A DNA stretch of 37,957 bases from an uncultured archaeon (lineage in GTDB: Archaea > Asgardarchaeota > Heimdallarchaeia > Heimdallarchaeales > Heimdallarchaeaceae): assembly GCA_964549075.1 (NCBI GenBank), contig CAZJUB010000022.1:1-37957 (forward strand). The letters run 5' to 3'. Position numbers and translations under genes: made by a program. Numbering within the stretch: position 1 is the stretch's first letter; every line of letters begins with the position of its first letter. Positions 29,639-37,866 of this stretch are shown here, piece after piece. A model generated the notes under the pieces. It worked only from the letters and a program-made list of their open reading frames with translations, did not search any database and was not told where the DNA came from.

Positions 29639-30751
29639 TTGGATTGTAGAGAATTGGAATTAAATAACTGGAAAACCTATTTAGCAATCACTATCATCGG
29701 AGTAACAATAGGTGTACTTTTTTTAGCAATAAATGGTAATTTGCCAACTGCTCTAATGGTTTTTTTCATTACTCTGTACCTAGTTGTTGCTTTAAAATTC
29801 CTACTTGAAAGACATCACTATAAAAAACATAATTCTGTCTTAGCTAGTACCCAATTTCTCTTACTCCCTTATGTAGTTCTGTTAATGGGAAATTATATAT
29901 CTCCTATAGCTTTGACAGTAGATATCTATGTTATAAGTGTTAATTCAACTGATGTTTTCTTCTTAAATTTAATCTCAATTTCGTTAATAATTCCAGTTAT
30001 AATTCTCTCTCTGCTCTTTAGCAAATATTATTCAAATAGATGGCCTGCAATGGCCATTAATAGAAAAATCAAAAGAGGAAGGAAATTTCCTTTCTTATTT
30101 CATTCTGTATTCATTATTACCTTCTTAATCGGATTTTTCATTAATTGGCAAATTGATTTTGTTTGTTTCATTTTTGTTATTCTTTATTTTGTCTACATTT
30201 TTAGGTACTTCATTGTAGTAGCAATTAACAAATCCCGAAAAGAAGTGAGAGTGAGTGCAAGAACTGCAACAAGAGCTTCTAGTACAAGATCTACAAGTGC
30301 ATCTCAGAGAAGTGGTCAAGTTCCTGTAGCTTCTAGAAGTGGTCAAAGATCAGTTTCAGCTCGTTCCACTAGTGCAACTTCTTCATCTAGAAGAAGTAGT
30401 TCAGCAAGAATCGATCGCGGAATTGATGCTACAACAGCGTCAAGAAAAACCGTTAAAACAACTAAAACTACAACACCAGTCTCTAAAAGTATCTTTCCAA
30501 TTGGTACACCAAAGAAAGAGGAGATGAAATGTATAATTTGCTACATGGATTTTGATAAAAAAGATACAAGAAGAATTATTCTGTGTCCACATTGTAAATA
30601 TCCAGCTCACGAAGACGAATTCTTAAACTGGTTCAATAAATCAAGATTATGTGCAAGATGCAACCAACCTATCTCAACTAAATATGTAAACAATCCTAAA
30701 TATAGAATATCTGTAAAAGTTTATATCGAAAAAGTGATTGAAAAGATATAA
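29639..30751 (+). CDS. Polytopic membrane protein with C-terminal RING-like domain (putative membrane E3 ligase)
   Basis: About 6 TM helices in first ~195 aa, Ser/Arg/Thr linker, C-x2-C-x14-C-x2-C-x4-H-x2-E-x3-W-x6-C-x2-C at 30530-30661. Confidence 0.8.
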   Translation: MDCRELELNNWKTYLAITIIGVTIGVLFLAINGNLPTALMVFFITLYLVVALKFLLERHHYKKHNSVLASTQFLLLPYVVLLMGNYISPIALTVDIYVISVNSTDVFFLNLISISLIIPVIILSLLFSKYYSNRWPAMAINRKIKRGRKFPFLFHSVFIITFLIGFFINWQIDFVCFIFVILYFVYIFRYFIVVAINKSRKEVRVSARTATRASSTRSTSASQRSGQVPVASRSGQRSVSARSTSATSSSRRSSSARIDRGIDATTASRKTVKTTKTTTPVSKSIFPIGTPKKEEMKCIICYMDFDKKDTRRIILCPHCKYPAHEDEFLNWFNKSRLCARCNQPISTKYVNNPKYRISVKVYIEKVIEKI

Positions 30752-30816
30752 AAGTTACAAATGCCAATAATTTAAAAAATAAGTGTATATGAACATTAAA
30801 AGAAGAAGGTTTAACG

Positions 30817-31410
30817 ATGAGGACAATAACACAGCTCTCTACTGCGTTTTTTCTTTCACTACCATTGTTTGGTGTAGCTATTTACTTCTTTATCCAGAAT
30901 GATAATGATAGGGGAAAGGTTTTCATTTTCATAGCAATTTTCGCTCTTTTATCACTCATCATTGTGATACGTAGTATCTACTATCTTAGGCATAGTGCGA
31001 CTTTTAATGAAATCTTTTTCGTATTTATTATACCTCTAGTTCCTGTTACACTCGTTCTGATACAAATTCTATTAGGAATCTATAATGATCCAATTCCAAT
31101 AGTTACTCAGAGTATTTTTGACATTGGTAGTACAAGCTATAGTTTTTACATTAATGTAATTGATTTTATTCTTCTTCCATTTTACATCATTGCTAATTTC
31201 CTTTTACTCAGAACATTTATACGCTATCCTTTCATAAGATTGAAAGGTACTAGCGAAAAAGGAATCCCTCCAAAACTATTTGGATTTTTGTTGATGTTAA
31301 TTATTCCAGCGACTTATATACTGTTATCCTTCTTCTATCTGGAAAATCTATTTCTCATGGTTTTTGGAATAGTTTATTTCTATACTGGACTTCTAACATT
31401 ATTTGTTTAA
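30817..31410 (+). CDS. About 6-TM membrane protein, probable paralog of the upstream RING protein's membrane domain
   Basis: Similar length and hydropathy; shared F[FY][LI]N[LV]I...L[IL]P..I...R[WY]P segment. Confidence 0.65.
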   Translation: MRTITQLSTAFFLSLPLFGVAIYFFIQNDNDRGKVFIFIAIFALLSLIIVIRSIYYLRHSATFNEIFFVFIIPLVPVTLVLIQILLGIYNDPIPIVTQSIFDIGSTSYSFYINVIDFILLPFYIIANFLLLRTFIRYPFIRLKGTSEKGIPPKLFGFLLMLIIPATYILLSFFYLENLFLMVFGIVYFYTGLLTLFV

Positions 31411-31427
31411 ATTAAATTAAAAGAAAA

Positions 31428-32147
31428 TTATTTCGGTCTTTTTTGTTTTGGCTTTTTTTGTGTAGGAAGTTTTTGACTTGGAGTTTTTTGTTTTGGTTTC
31501 TTTTCCTCAATTATTTCAGTTATCTCTTTTGTAGCAGGAGCTTCTCTCTCTCTTTTCTCTTTTATATTCTCTTCTTTGGGGATAGTTCTTGATTCTTGTT
31601 TCTCAGTTTCTGAAAATTGATCTTTGTTACTGGTCGGAGGAATCTCTTCTTTCTTCTCTCTTTCCTCCTTCTCCACAGCTTTCGAATCTAAGATCTCAAT
31701 CTCTCTAAATTCCTCTTTTCTAGGTGGTGCAGACTCTTTTTTCTCCTTTTTCCTAGATTCTTCATCATCAGGAATTATGTTTTTTTCTTTAGTTTTCTCG
31801 AATTGATTCTGCTTTGGAATTTTTGATTTTGGTATTTTTGATTTAGGAATGCTTTTACTGCTTCTTTTAGTTTCAGTGAATCTTTCTGAGCTTGGTTTTT
31901 TAGATTGAATCTGTTCCTCAAAAATTCTCTTGTTTGTTCTTCTGTTTTGTTTTAGTTTAGACTTACTAGGAGCTGGAGTCTTATTGTGTATTTTTTCTTT
32001 TTTAGGAGGTAAATTAATTTCTTCACTAATATGTTGTTTAGGGATTTTAGAGGAAGGTGTCTTTTGTTTAGGAATCTTTGAATCAATTGGATGTTTATGT
32101 TTTGGTCTCTTTGAAGAAGGTTTCTTTTTCTTAATTTTCTTGCTCAT
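31428..32147 (-). CDS. Lys/Glu/Pro/Ser-rich intrinsically disordered protein with SKIPK/KTP repeats
   Basis: ATG 32147 preceded by AAAGGTGA RBS; 239 aa, 4x SKIPK, 3x KTP; strong purine-rich coding-strand bias. Confidence 0.75.
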   Translation of the reverse strand: MSKKIKKKKPSSKRPKHKHPIDSKIPKQKTPSSKIPKQHISEEINLPPKKEKIHNKTPAPSKSKLKQNRRTNKRIFEEQIQSKKPSSERFTETKRSSKSIPKSKIPKSKIPKQNQFEKTKEKNIIPDDEESRKKEKKESAPPRKEEFREIEILDSKAVEKEEREKKEEIPPTSNKDQFSETEKQESRTIPKEENIKEKREREAPATKEITEIIEEKKPKQKTPSQKLPTQKKPKQKRPK

Positions 32148-32388
32148 ATGTAAGTCACCTTTAGTTTGCCTTTCAATTGGATTGAGAAAGTCTACTGATT
32201 TTATACCATTTTTTTTTATTTTCTCATTCAATTCTGCTAATTATTTTGAAGTTATCGAGATTTTAGATAGTTTTGAACTGAGTTTCTATTTATTTTCCTA
32301 AATAATAATGTTTTTTATACTGAAATAGATAATTTTTTAATATTCCGATGTAATATAAGTTAGTTGTATTAAAACAGGATTGATTAAT

Positions 32389-32739
32389 ATGAGCGATGAA
32401 TTTGAAGAATTATCCTTTGATGATGAAGAAGAAGAATTTGAAGAAGAAGAGATTATCTCTAAAACACCTGCAAAATCCAAAACTCCTGCAAGTAAGAAAA
32501 TAAGCGTTTATTTCCAAAGCACAATTGGACCAAGTCCAAAACAAGAAAAACTCGTTGTAGCTACAGATGCACCAATCGGTGATATCAAATACACTGTTAG
32601 CCAAATATTTGGTTTACCTCCAGATGAGTTTCACTTATCACATGCAGGAAGAACCTGTGATCCCGATGATACTTTAGAAGATTATGGTGTTGAAGATGGA
32701 GATACAATCTTACTTATCCCTGTCTCTACAGCTGGATAA
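32389..32739 (+). CDS. Ubiquitin-like modifier with acidic N-terminal extension, ending ...IPVSTAG
   Basis: Beta-grasp pattern ISVYF...IGDIK..VSQIFGLPP....L.HAGR......TLEDYGVEDGDTILL matches ubiquitin's GIPP...L.FAGK...TLSDY.I....T..L; adjacent to E1. Confidence 0.88.
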   Translation: MSDEFEELSFDDEEEEFEEEEIISKTPAKSKTPASKKISVYFQSTIGPSPKQEKLVVATDAPIGDIKYTVSQIFGLPPDEFHLSHAGRTCDPDDTLEDYGVEDGDTILLIPVSTAG

Positions 32740-32795
32740 GAAAAACTATTTCTCTAGAAAATGATGATAGTTTCTCTTTTCTTTTCATTTTTTTT
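32740..32795 (+). terminator. Hairpin plus oligo-T terminator after the Ubl gene
   Basis: AAACTAT/ATAGTTT stem followed by TTTTCTTTTCATTTTTTTT. Confidence 0.45.
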
Positions 32796-32824
32796 AATAA
32801 ATTTAATATACTAAATATTGAGAG

Positions 32825-34084
32825 ATGCATATAATGAGTAAAAAAACTGATACTGAGTCTAATTTTTTTAACGAAGCTTTTTCAAAAGAAGAAAGAACGA
32901 GGTTAGATAGACAATTAAGGTTACCTGGATGGAATCAGAAAGCTCTGAAAGAATCTACTGTAGTTGTTGTAGGAATAGGAGGATTAGGAACAGAAGTTGC
33001 TAAAAATCTAGCTATGGCTGGAGTTGGAACCTTACATCTGATAGATTTAGATATTATCGAATACTCAAATTTGAATCGGCAGATTCTTTTTTCAGATGCA
33101 AACGAAGGTGAACCGAAATCCAAGGTAGCAGCAAGAACTCTAAAACAAATTAATCCTTATAGTAGATATATCTGGCATCATTCGAACCTTGAAGATATCG
33201 ATCCTGAAATCTATGTTTCAGCTGACCTTCTTATATCTGGTTTAGACTCAGTTGCTGCAAGAGGTGAACTCAATAGAAGAGCTGTTCAATATAAGAAACC
33301 TTTGATAGATGGTGGAACAGTGACTTACTACGGACATGTTTATACGTATTTTCCAGGTAAAAATGCTTGTTTACAATGTGATCCACAACCGGAAAGAGAA
33401 AGAGAGACCTTAGCAGCATGTACTTTGGTGGGGATTCCAAGAAAAAGATCTCATTGCTTACTCAAAGGACAACTGTTCTTTGAATCAAAGCATAATAGAC
33501 CTCCTGATACTTCAGTAAAGGAAGAGATGGATATTGTACTTGAATATGCAAACAATTTAGCAAAAGAATATTTTCCACAAGAAAGCTTATTTTCTATTGA
33601 TGAAGCGGTAAAGATGGTTGATCAACATGATCCTACGATTATTACAATCAATGCGGTAATTGCTTCTCTTCAATCACAAGAAGCTTTGAAAATACTTCAC
33701 CACTTGAAAGGCATCGAACTTGGTTCTATAAATCTCGAATACGCCATTTATAATGGATTAATTGGAAAATTCTTCTACTTTGAGAAACCTCCTAATAAGA
33801 AATGTACTCTTTGTGGTGAAAATGCAGCTGTAATAGAAAAGCTGAAGTTACCCAGAACAACAACTGTGGAAAATATTCTATCAATAATACGAAATAAAGG
33901 ATATACCTATGATTTAGACTTTCTACCATCATTCTGGAGAATGGATATGAAAGATCCAGAGGAAGTGAAGCTACATCTAACCTTGGGAGAACAAGGAATT
34001 CGTAATTATGAAACATTCTATATTAGTGGTGTTAATAAAGATAAGAAAGAAGTGGATTTTTATATCCAACTCCAATTGATATGA
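32825..34084 (+). CDS. Ubiquitin-like activating enzyme E1 (ThiF adenylation domain, catalytic-Cys domain, C-terminal ubiquitin-fold domain)
   Basis: RLDRQ, GIGGLG, D.D.IEYSNLNRQ, DGGT, Zn pairs CLQC/CTLC, catalytic CTLVGIPRKRSHC (compare Uba3/Uba2 CT....PR...HC). Confidence 0.93.
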   Translation: MHIMSKKTDTESNFFNEAFSKEERTRLDRQLRLPGWNQKALKESTVVVVGIGGLGTEVAKNLAMAGVGTLHLIDLDIIEYSNLNRQILFSDANEGEPKSKVAARTLKQINPYSRYIWHHSNLEDIDPEIYVSADLLISGLDSVAARGELNRRAVQYKKPLIDGGTVTYYGHVYTYFPGKNACLQCDPQPERERETLAACTLVGIPRKRSHCLLKGQLFFESKHNRPPDTSVKEEMDIVLEYANNLAKEYFPQESLFSIDEAVKMVDQHDPTIITINAVIASLQSQEALKILHHLKGIELGSINLEYAIYNGLIGKFFYFEKPPNKKCTLCGENAAVIEKLKLPRTTTVENILSIIRNKGYTYDLDFLPSFWRMDMKDPEEVKLHLTLGEQGIRNYETFYISGVNKDKKEVDFYIQLQLI

Positions 34085-34202
34085 ATGCTTACCTAATACT
34101 AAATCTATATAATGTAAAATAAATGAGTGTGCAAAGAATGACTTAGTTTTCTAAGACTGTATTCTTTGACTTTTTTAATTTCTGATAAGCTTATTGAATT
34201 GC

Positions 34203-34400
34203 TTATACTGCAGATACATTGGTTGCTTGTGAACCTCTATCAGTTTCTTCAATCTCAAATTCAACTTCAGTACCTTCTCTAAGATCATAAAATTCTCCTT
34301 CAACTCCAGATCTATGGAAGAAGATGTCCTTTTCGTCTCCTTCGACATTGATAAAACCGTAATTGCGGTCATACCATATTCTCTTAATATTACCTTTCAC
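34203..34400 (-). CDS. Cold-shock domain protein
   Basis: RNP1 NYGFI, RNP2 DIFFH, V.FEIE...RG.QA.NV; AGGAGG RBS before GTG. Confidence 0.93.
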   Translation of the reverse strand: MKGNIKRIWYDRNYGFINVEGDEKDIFFHRSGVEGEFYDLREGTEVEFEIEETDRGSQATNVSAV

Positions 34401-34596
34401 AAGGATTCCTCCTTAATTAGTTATATAGAAGCTTTTTAAACTTCTGTGAAATTAAAAACTGCTAATCAGAAATTAACTAATCTTTTAAATGACTACTTCA
34501 AAATCTAACAAACACCTTTTAATTACTCTATTACCAAAAATACTCACTAATAAACTATTTGTTCCAAACGCAGTGAAACGTGATGATTATCTCTTT

Positions 34597-34980
34597 TTAA
34601 AAACCTTGCAGTAATACATAGAAGATATTGTATATCAACCTTTGAAGCTTACCATCTTGTTGTGTTTTCTTGTAAATTTTTTCTAAATCAGCATCTTTTC
34701 CAGCGCTATCCTTTAAGGAATACTCACCATCTTTCCTTGTGTATATAAGATTAAATTCATCTTCAAAGAATTGTTTTAAATAGCTTATTTTTCCTTCTTC
34801 AAGAACATCTTCAAATTCTAAGTAAGATAAGCCTAATCCTTCTTCAGGTGGATGTACTCCTTGAATTATGAAATTTAAAACAATGTCTTTATACTTGCAC
34901 TTCGGACATTTCAGGTGTTCAAACAAAGTTTCATATTCACCATCAAATTTTGTGTCGCATCTCTTACAATAAAACTTCAT
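34597..34980 (-). CDS. Zinc-ribbon hypothetical protein
   Basis: N-terminal CKRC...CPKC. Confidence 0.7.
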   Translation of the reverse strand: MKFYCKRCDTKFDGEYETLFEHLKCPKCKYKDIVLNFIIQGVHPPEEGLGLSYLEFEDVLEEGKISYLKQFFEDEFNLIYTRKDGEYSLKDSAGKDADLEKIYKKTQQDGKLQRLIYNIFYVLLQGF

Positions 34981-35241
34981 CTAGTTATTTTAGCTTTACT
35001 ACTTTAAAAAACTATATAATTAAAAATAGGAAAATTATCCTTATTGTTGTTAAATTATCTCTTCTTTGCATTATCAGGAAGAACCCTATTATAAAACTGC
35101 TTATGATTACTTATTAGTAAAGGAGATACAATTTAGTATTATTTCTGTTATATCTATCATCTTTTAGCATTTTTATAAATACAACATATTCAGATTAACT
35201 GATAGAAACAGATTTGAACATGTTTTACAATTCTATAAAGT

Positions 35242-35739
35242 ATGAATATCAATATCAGACTTAGCATTTTATGCTCTAAATATGGGGAAGAAAGGTTCTT
35301 AAATTGGTGCCATTCATTAGAGATTTTTAGATTCTGCCAAGCTCATCCTTATCCAGATGATTTTGCATCTGATAGATTTATAGCTGTTCTAAAATTCACA
35401 AATAAAGAGCAGCTGAAGAAGATTCTCAAATCACTTAAAGTGAATTTTGAAGAAGTAGACTTAGATATTTATTTGGAACAAGAAGAAACAAAAGTTATTT
35501 ATGGAAAAGCAGAGATAAAGCAATCAAAATGCTTCGTTACAATCAATGAAGTTATAGGAATAATTGAAATAGAAGTCTATGGTGTTGAAGAAGATCCTTA
35601 TGCTTTAACTAATGAAACATTTCACAGCGCAAAGAATATTGATGAATTTTTAAAAGAGTTCGATTATGAATTTTGTAGTTCACCATTTGATGATAACTAT
35701 TGTATCACACCTGAATTCTATCCTGTAGTGTGGGAATGA
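35242..35739 (+). CDS. Hypothetical protein
   Basis: 165-aa ORF with normal composition; no motif recognised. Confidence 0.65.
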   Translation: MNINIRLSILCSKYGEERFLNWCHSLEIFRFCQAHPYPDDFASDRFIAVLKFTNKEQLKKILKSLKVNFEEVDLDIYLEQEETKVIYGKAEIKQSKCFVTINEVIGIIEIEVYGVEEDPYALTNETFHSAKNIDEFLKEFDYEFCSSPFDDNYCITPEFYPVVWE

Positions 35740-36144
35740 TAACTTCTCTAACTTGAATTACATTTTGTAATAAAATCTTATTAATGTTTTAAATTGCAAT
35801 TTCATATGAATTATTGTACAAAATCAAGGGTGGAATACAATACTTCAACTCTTGAGAAGATCTTTCATGAACCAGAAGCAATTTTGAAGGTATGTTTATT
35901 TAAACGTGCATATTATATTAATAATGACTTGAAGATTGATTTCTAAACTGAGGTTTCATTGCGAATGAGGTTGATCTTCTTTGTTTATTACATATTTGAG
36001 TAATTTAAGATTGTTTCAAAGAATATTAATAAGTGTTTTAATATTTTAGTTGACAATAAAGATAAAACCATTTTGAACAGATTATACGAGTGATGTTATT
36101 TCAAATTAATTCAAGAGATTACGAATCTAGAAAGGAGATGTAAG

Positions 36145-37011
36145 ATGAAAATAGAAAATTATAACTGTTTTAGTTTAGAGAAAAAAGGAAATGCAAGTCC
36201 TATCAACAATATGAGAGCAAGATTTGCACGAGTTGATTCAGTTCTTAAATACTTCAAAGAAATTGTGCCAGAAGACTTGAATCGATATGTGTTTGATTTG
36301 AAAAATAAATTTGATGGAGATATTGGTGACTATAGATTTGATAAGAAAGCCTTCGATTGGAAGGAAATTCGCGAAGATTTAGATTTATTGCCCAATTTTC
36401 CTGATCTTGAAGAATCAGTTTTTCAATACATCTGTAAAACCATTAATCTTCCGACAGATTATAAATCTGAAAATGGAGAAATTGAATTATCTTTTTATGA
36501 TCGTGTTAAAGCTGGAGAAACTGTTTCTTATTACTTAGTTAGAACACTAGCAGATATTTATGGAAAACAGGAGGGAACTAAAATTTACAAACAAATAGTT
36601 CCTCTGATGATAAAAGAAAGAAGAAGAAACGAGAAAGAAGAAAGACCAGAAGATCCCAAAACTGTTACTATTTTAGATTCCAATAAAAGTTCAATTGAAG
36701 CTTGGTGTAATATTGGTCTAGTAGATTTCTCGTTTTGTATTTTTGATGATTATAAGATAATATACAGATTTGATAAATGTTTAACACCAGAGGTTCTGAA
36801 GGAGTTTAATGATCCAGATATAGCTTATCTAGCTACTTGTTATATGGCTGATAATCCTGAATTTAATGAGGGAAGAATTATACATATGCGAAGAACACAA
36901 ACGCTTCATCACGCTAAATTCTGTGATGAATTATATTGGAATAATTATATACATCCAGATACAGAACAACCATCTTTAGAATTCACAGAGAAAATAGGGA
37001 AATCTGTTTGA
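36145..37011 (+). CDS. L-2-amino-thiazoline-4-carboxylic acid hydrolase-like (ATC hydrolase/V4R-related) protein
   Basis: KC....., C..D, RTQTL.....CD three-Cys pattern in the C-terminal half; AGGAG RBS. Confidence 0.7.
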   Translation: MKIENYNCFSLEKKGNASPINNMRARFARVDSVLKYFKEIVPEDLNRYVFDLKNKFDGDIGDYRFDKKAFDWKEIREDLDLLPNFPDLEESVFQYICKTINLPTDYKSENGEIELSFYDRVKAGETVSYYLVRTLADIYGKQEGTKIYKQIVPLMIKERRRNEKEERPEDPKTVTILDSNKSSIEAWCNIGLVDFSFCIFDDYKIIYRFDKCLTPEVLKEFNDPDIAYLATCYMADNPEFNEGRIIHMRRTQTLHHAKFCDELYWNNYIHPDTEQPSLEFTEKIGKSV

Positions 37012-37049
37012 AAATAATATAAAAAAATGGAAAAACAATCCCTAAAGGA

Positions 37050-37253
37050 TTAAACATCCTTTGCTGAAACTGTTTTTCTGCCATTATTGGAAGCTCTTTT
37101 TGCGCATCTTCTTGCAATTTCTGCTACCCTTATATTGAACTCTTCATAGAATCCTTCAGAAACATTATAGTCTCCAAGTGTTTTGATATAATCCCTTAAT
37201 TTTGTTTTTACTATTAGAAGCTCTTTAGGCTCTTCAACTACTTTCTTTGGCAT
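37050..37253 (-). CDS. Histone-fold protein with truncated alpha3 (face-to-face/bacterial-type histone)
   Basis: LLIVKTKLRDYIK, NVSEGF, A.RA..NGRKTVSAKD ending immediately after the RxTxxxxD motif; AGGTG RBS. Confidence 0.85.
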   Translation of the reverse strand: MPKKVVEEPKELLIVKTKLRDYIKTLGDYNVSEGFYEEFNIRVAEIARRCAKRASNNGRKTVSAKDV

Positions 37254-37347
37254 TTCTTACACCTAATTTAGTAAATCAGACTATACCATATCTTGTATTT
37301 AAACTATATTATCAGAATAAAAAATAAGTATAGATTCTTCGATTAGA

Positions 37348-37809
37348 TTATTGTTCTTTTAAGATTTTCTTCAAAAACATTATCTGTCCAACATGATAAG
37401 AATTATGAGTCATCGCTACGGTGAACAATTGGATTCTAGGCACATTACGATTGTTTGGTAGTTTTTCTTGTAAATCATGTCTTTCCAATAGTTCTTCAAG
37501 TGCTTCTAAACCATCTACGAATCGTTTTTTAAGTTTTTCAAAATTCTCATCCTTTTTCATATACTCCTCTGTGGGCCAACTCCCTTCATCATCCCATTTT
37601 GGATCATTACCTTTAATATTTTCAATAAAAATATCTTGCCAAAAAACTGTGTGAAATAAAAGCTGCCAAATAGAGTGAGAATCTTCTGAAATGTGAATTC
37701 TAGCAATATCAATTTCTAATTCTGAAATAGCTTTGGCAGGATTAATGTGTGATAAAGCTCCTTTTAAACTATTTTTCAGAGAGAATTGTATTTCTTCTAA
37801 CATGTACAT
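37348..37809 (-). CDS. DinB family protein
   Basis: HSIWQLLFHTVFWQ and HNSYHVGQI motifs. Confidence 0.88.
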   Translation of the reverse strand: MYMLEEIQFSLKNSLKGALSHINPAKAISELEIDIARIHISEDSHSIWQLLFHTVFWQDIFIENIKGNDPKWDDEGSWPTEEYMKKDENFEKLKKRFVDGLEALEELLERHDLQEKLPNNRNVPRIQLFTVAMTHNSYHVGQIMFLKKILKEQ

Positions 37810-37866
37810 AGATTGATGAGGGATACTTAAAAAACATTTGTGACAGACGATTTTAAGTTACTACTC

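Noticed and set aside
31428-32147. SKIP repeats as EB1-binding SxIP microtubule tip-tracking motifs
   Set aside because: Literal match four times in a basic disordered context, but no tubulin or EB gene is in the window and such short motifs arise easily in K/S/P-rich repeats; revisit only if the genome encodes an EB-like protein
35806-35946. 46-codon ORF MNYCTKSRVEY...KIDF in a 400-nt gap
   Set aside because: No RBS or recognisable motif; could be chance or a gene remnant
34597-37011. Loosely packed hypothetical genes as a prophage or integrated element
   Set aside because: No integrase, transposase, terminal repeats or viral hallmark genes recognised
595-37654. Many short antisense or alternate-frame ORFs in the track (e.g. 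595-783, 1504-1704, 9680-9862, 13114-13377, 22221-22505, 31930-32301, 34175-34372, 37421-37654)
   Set aside because: They overlap well-supported genes, have shadow-ORF composition and show no motifs
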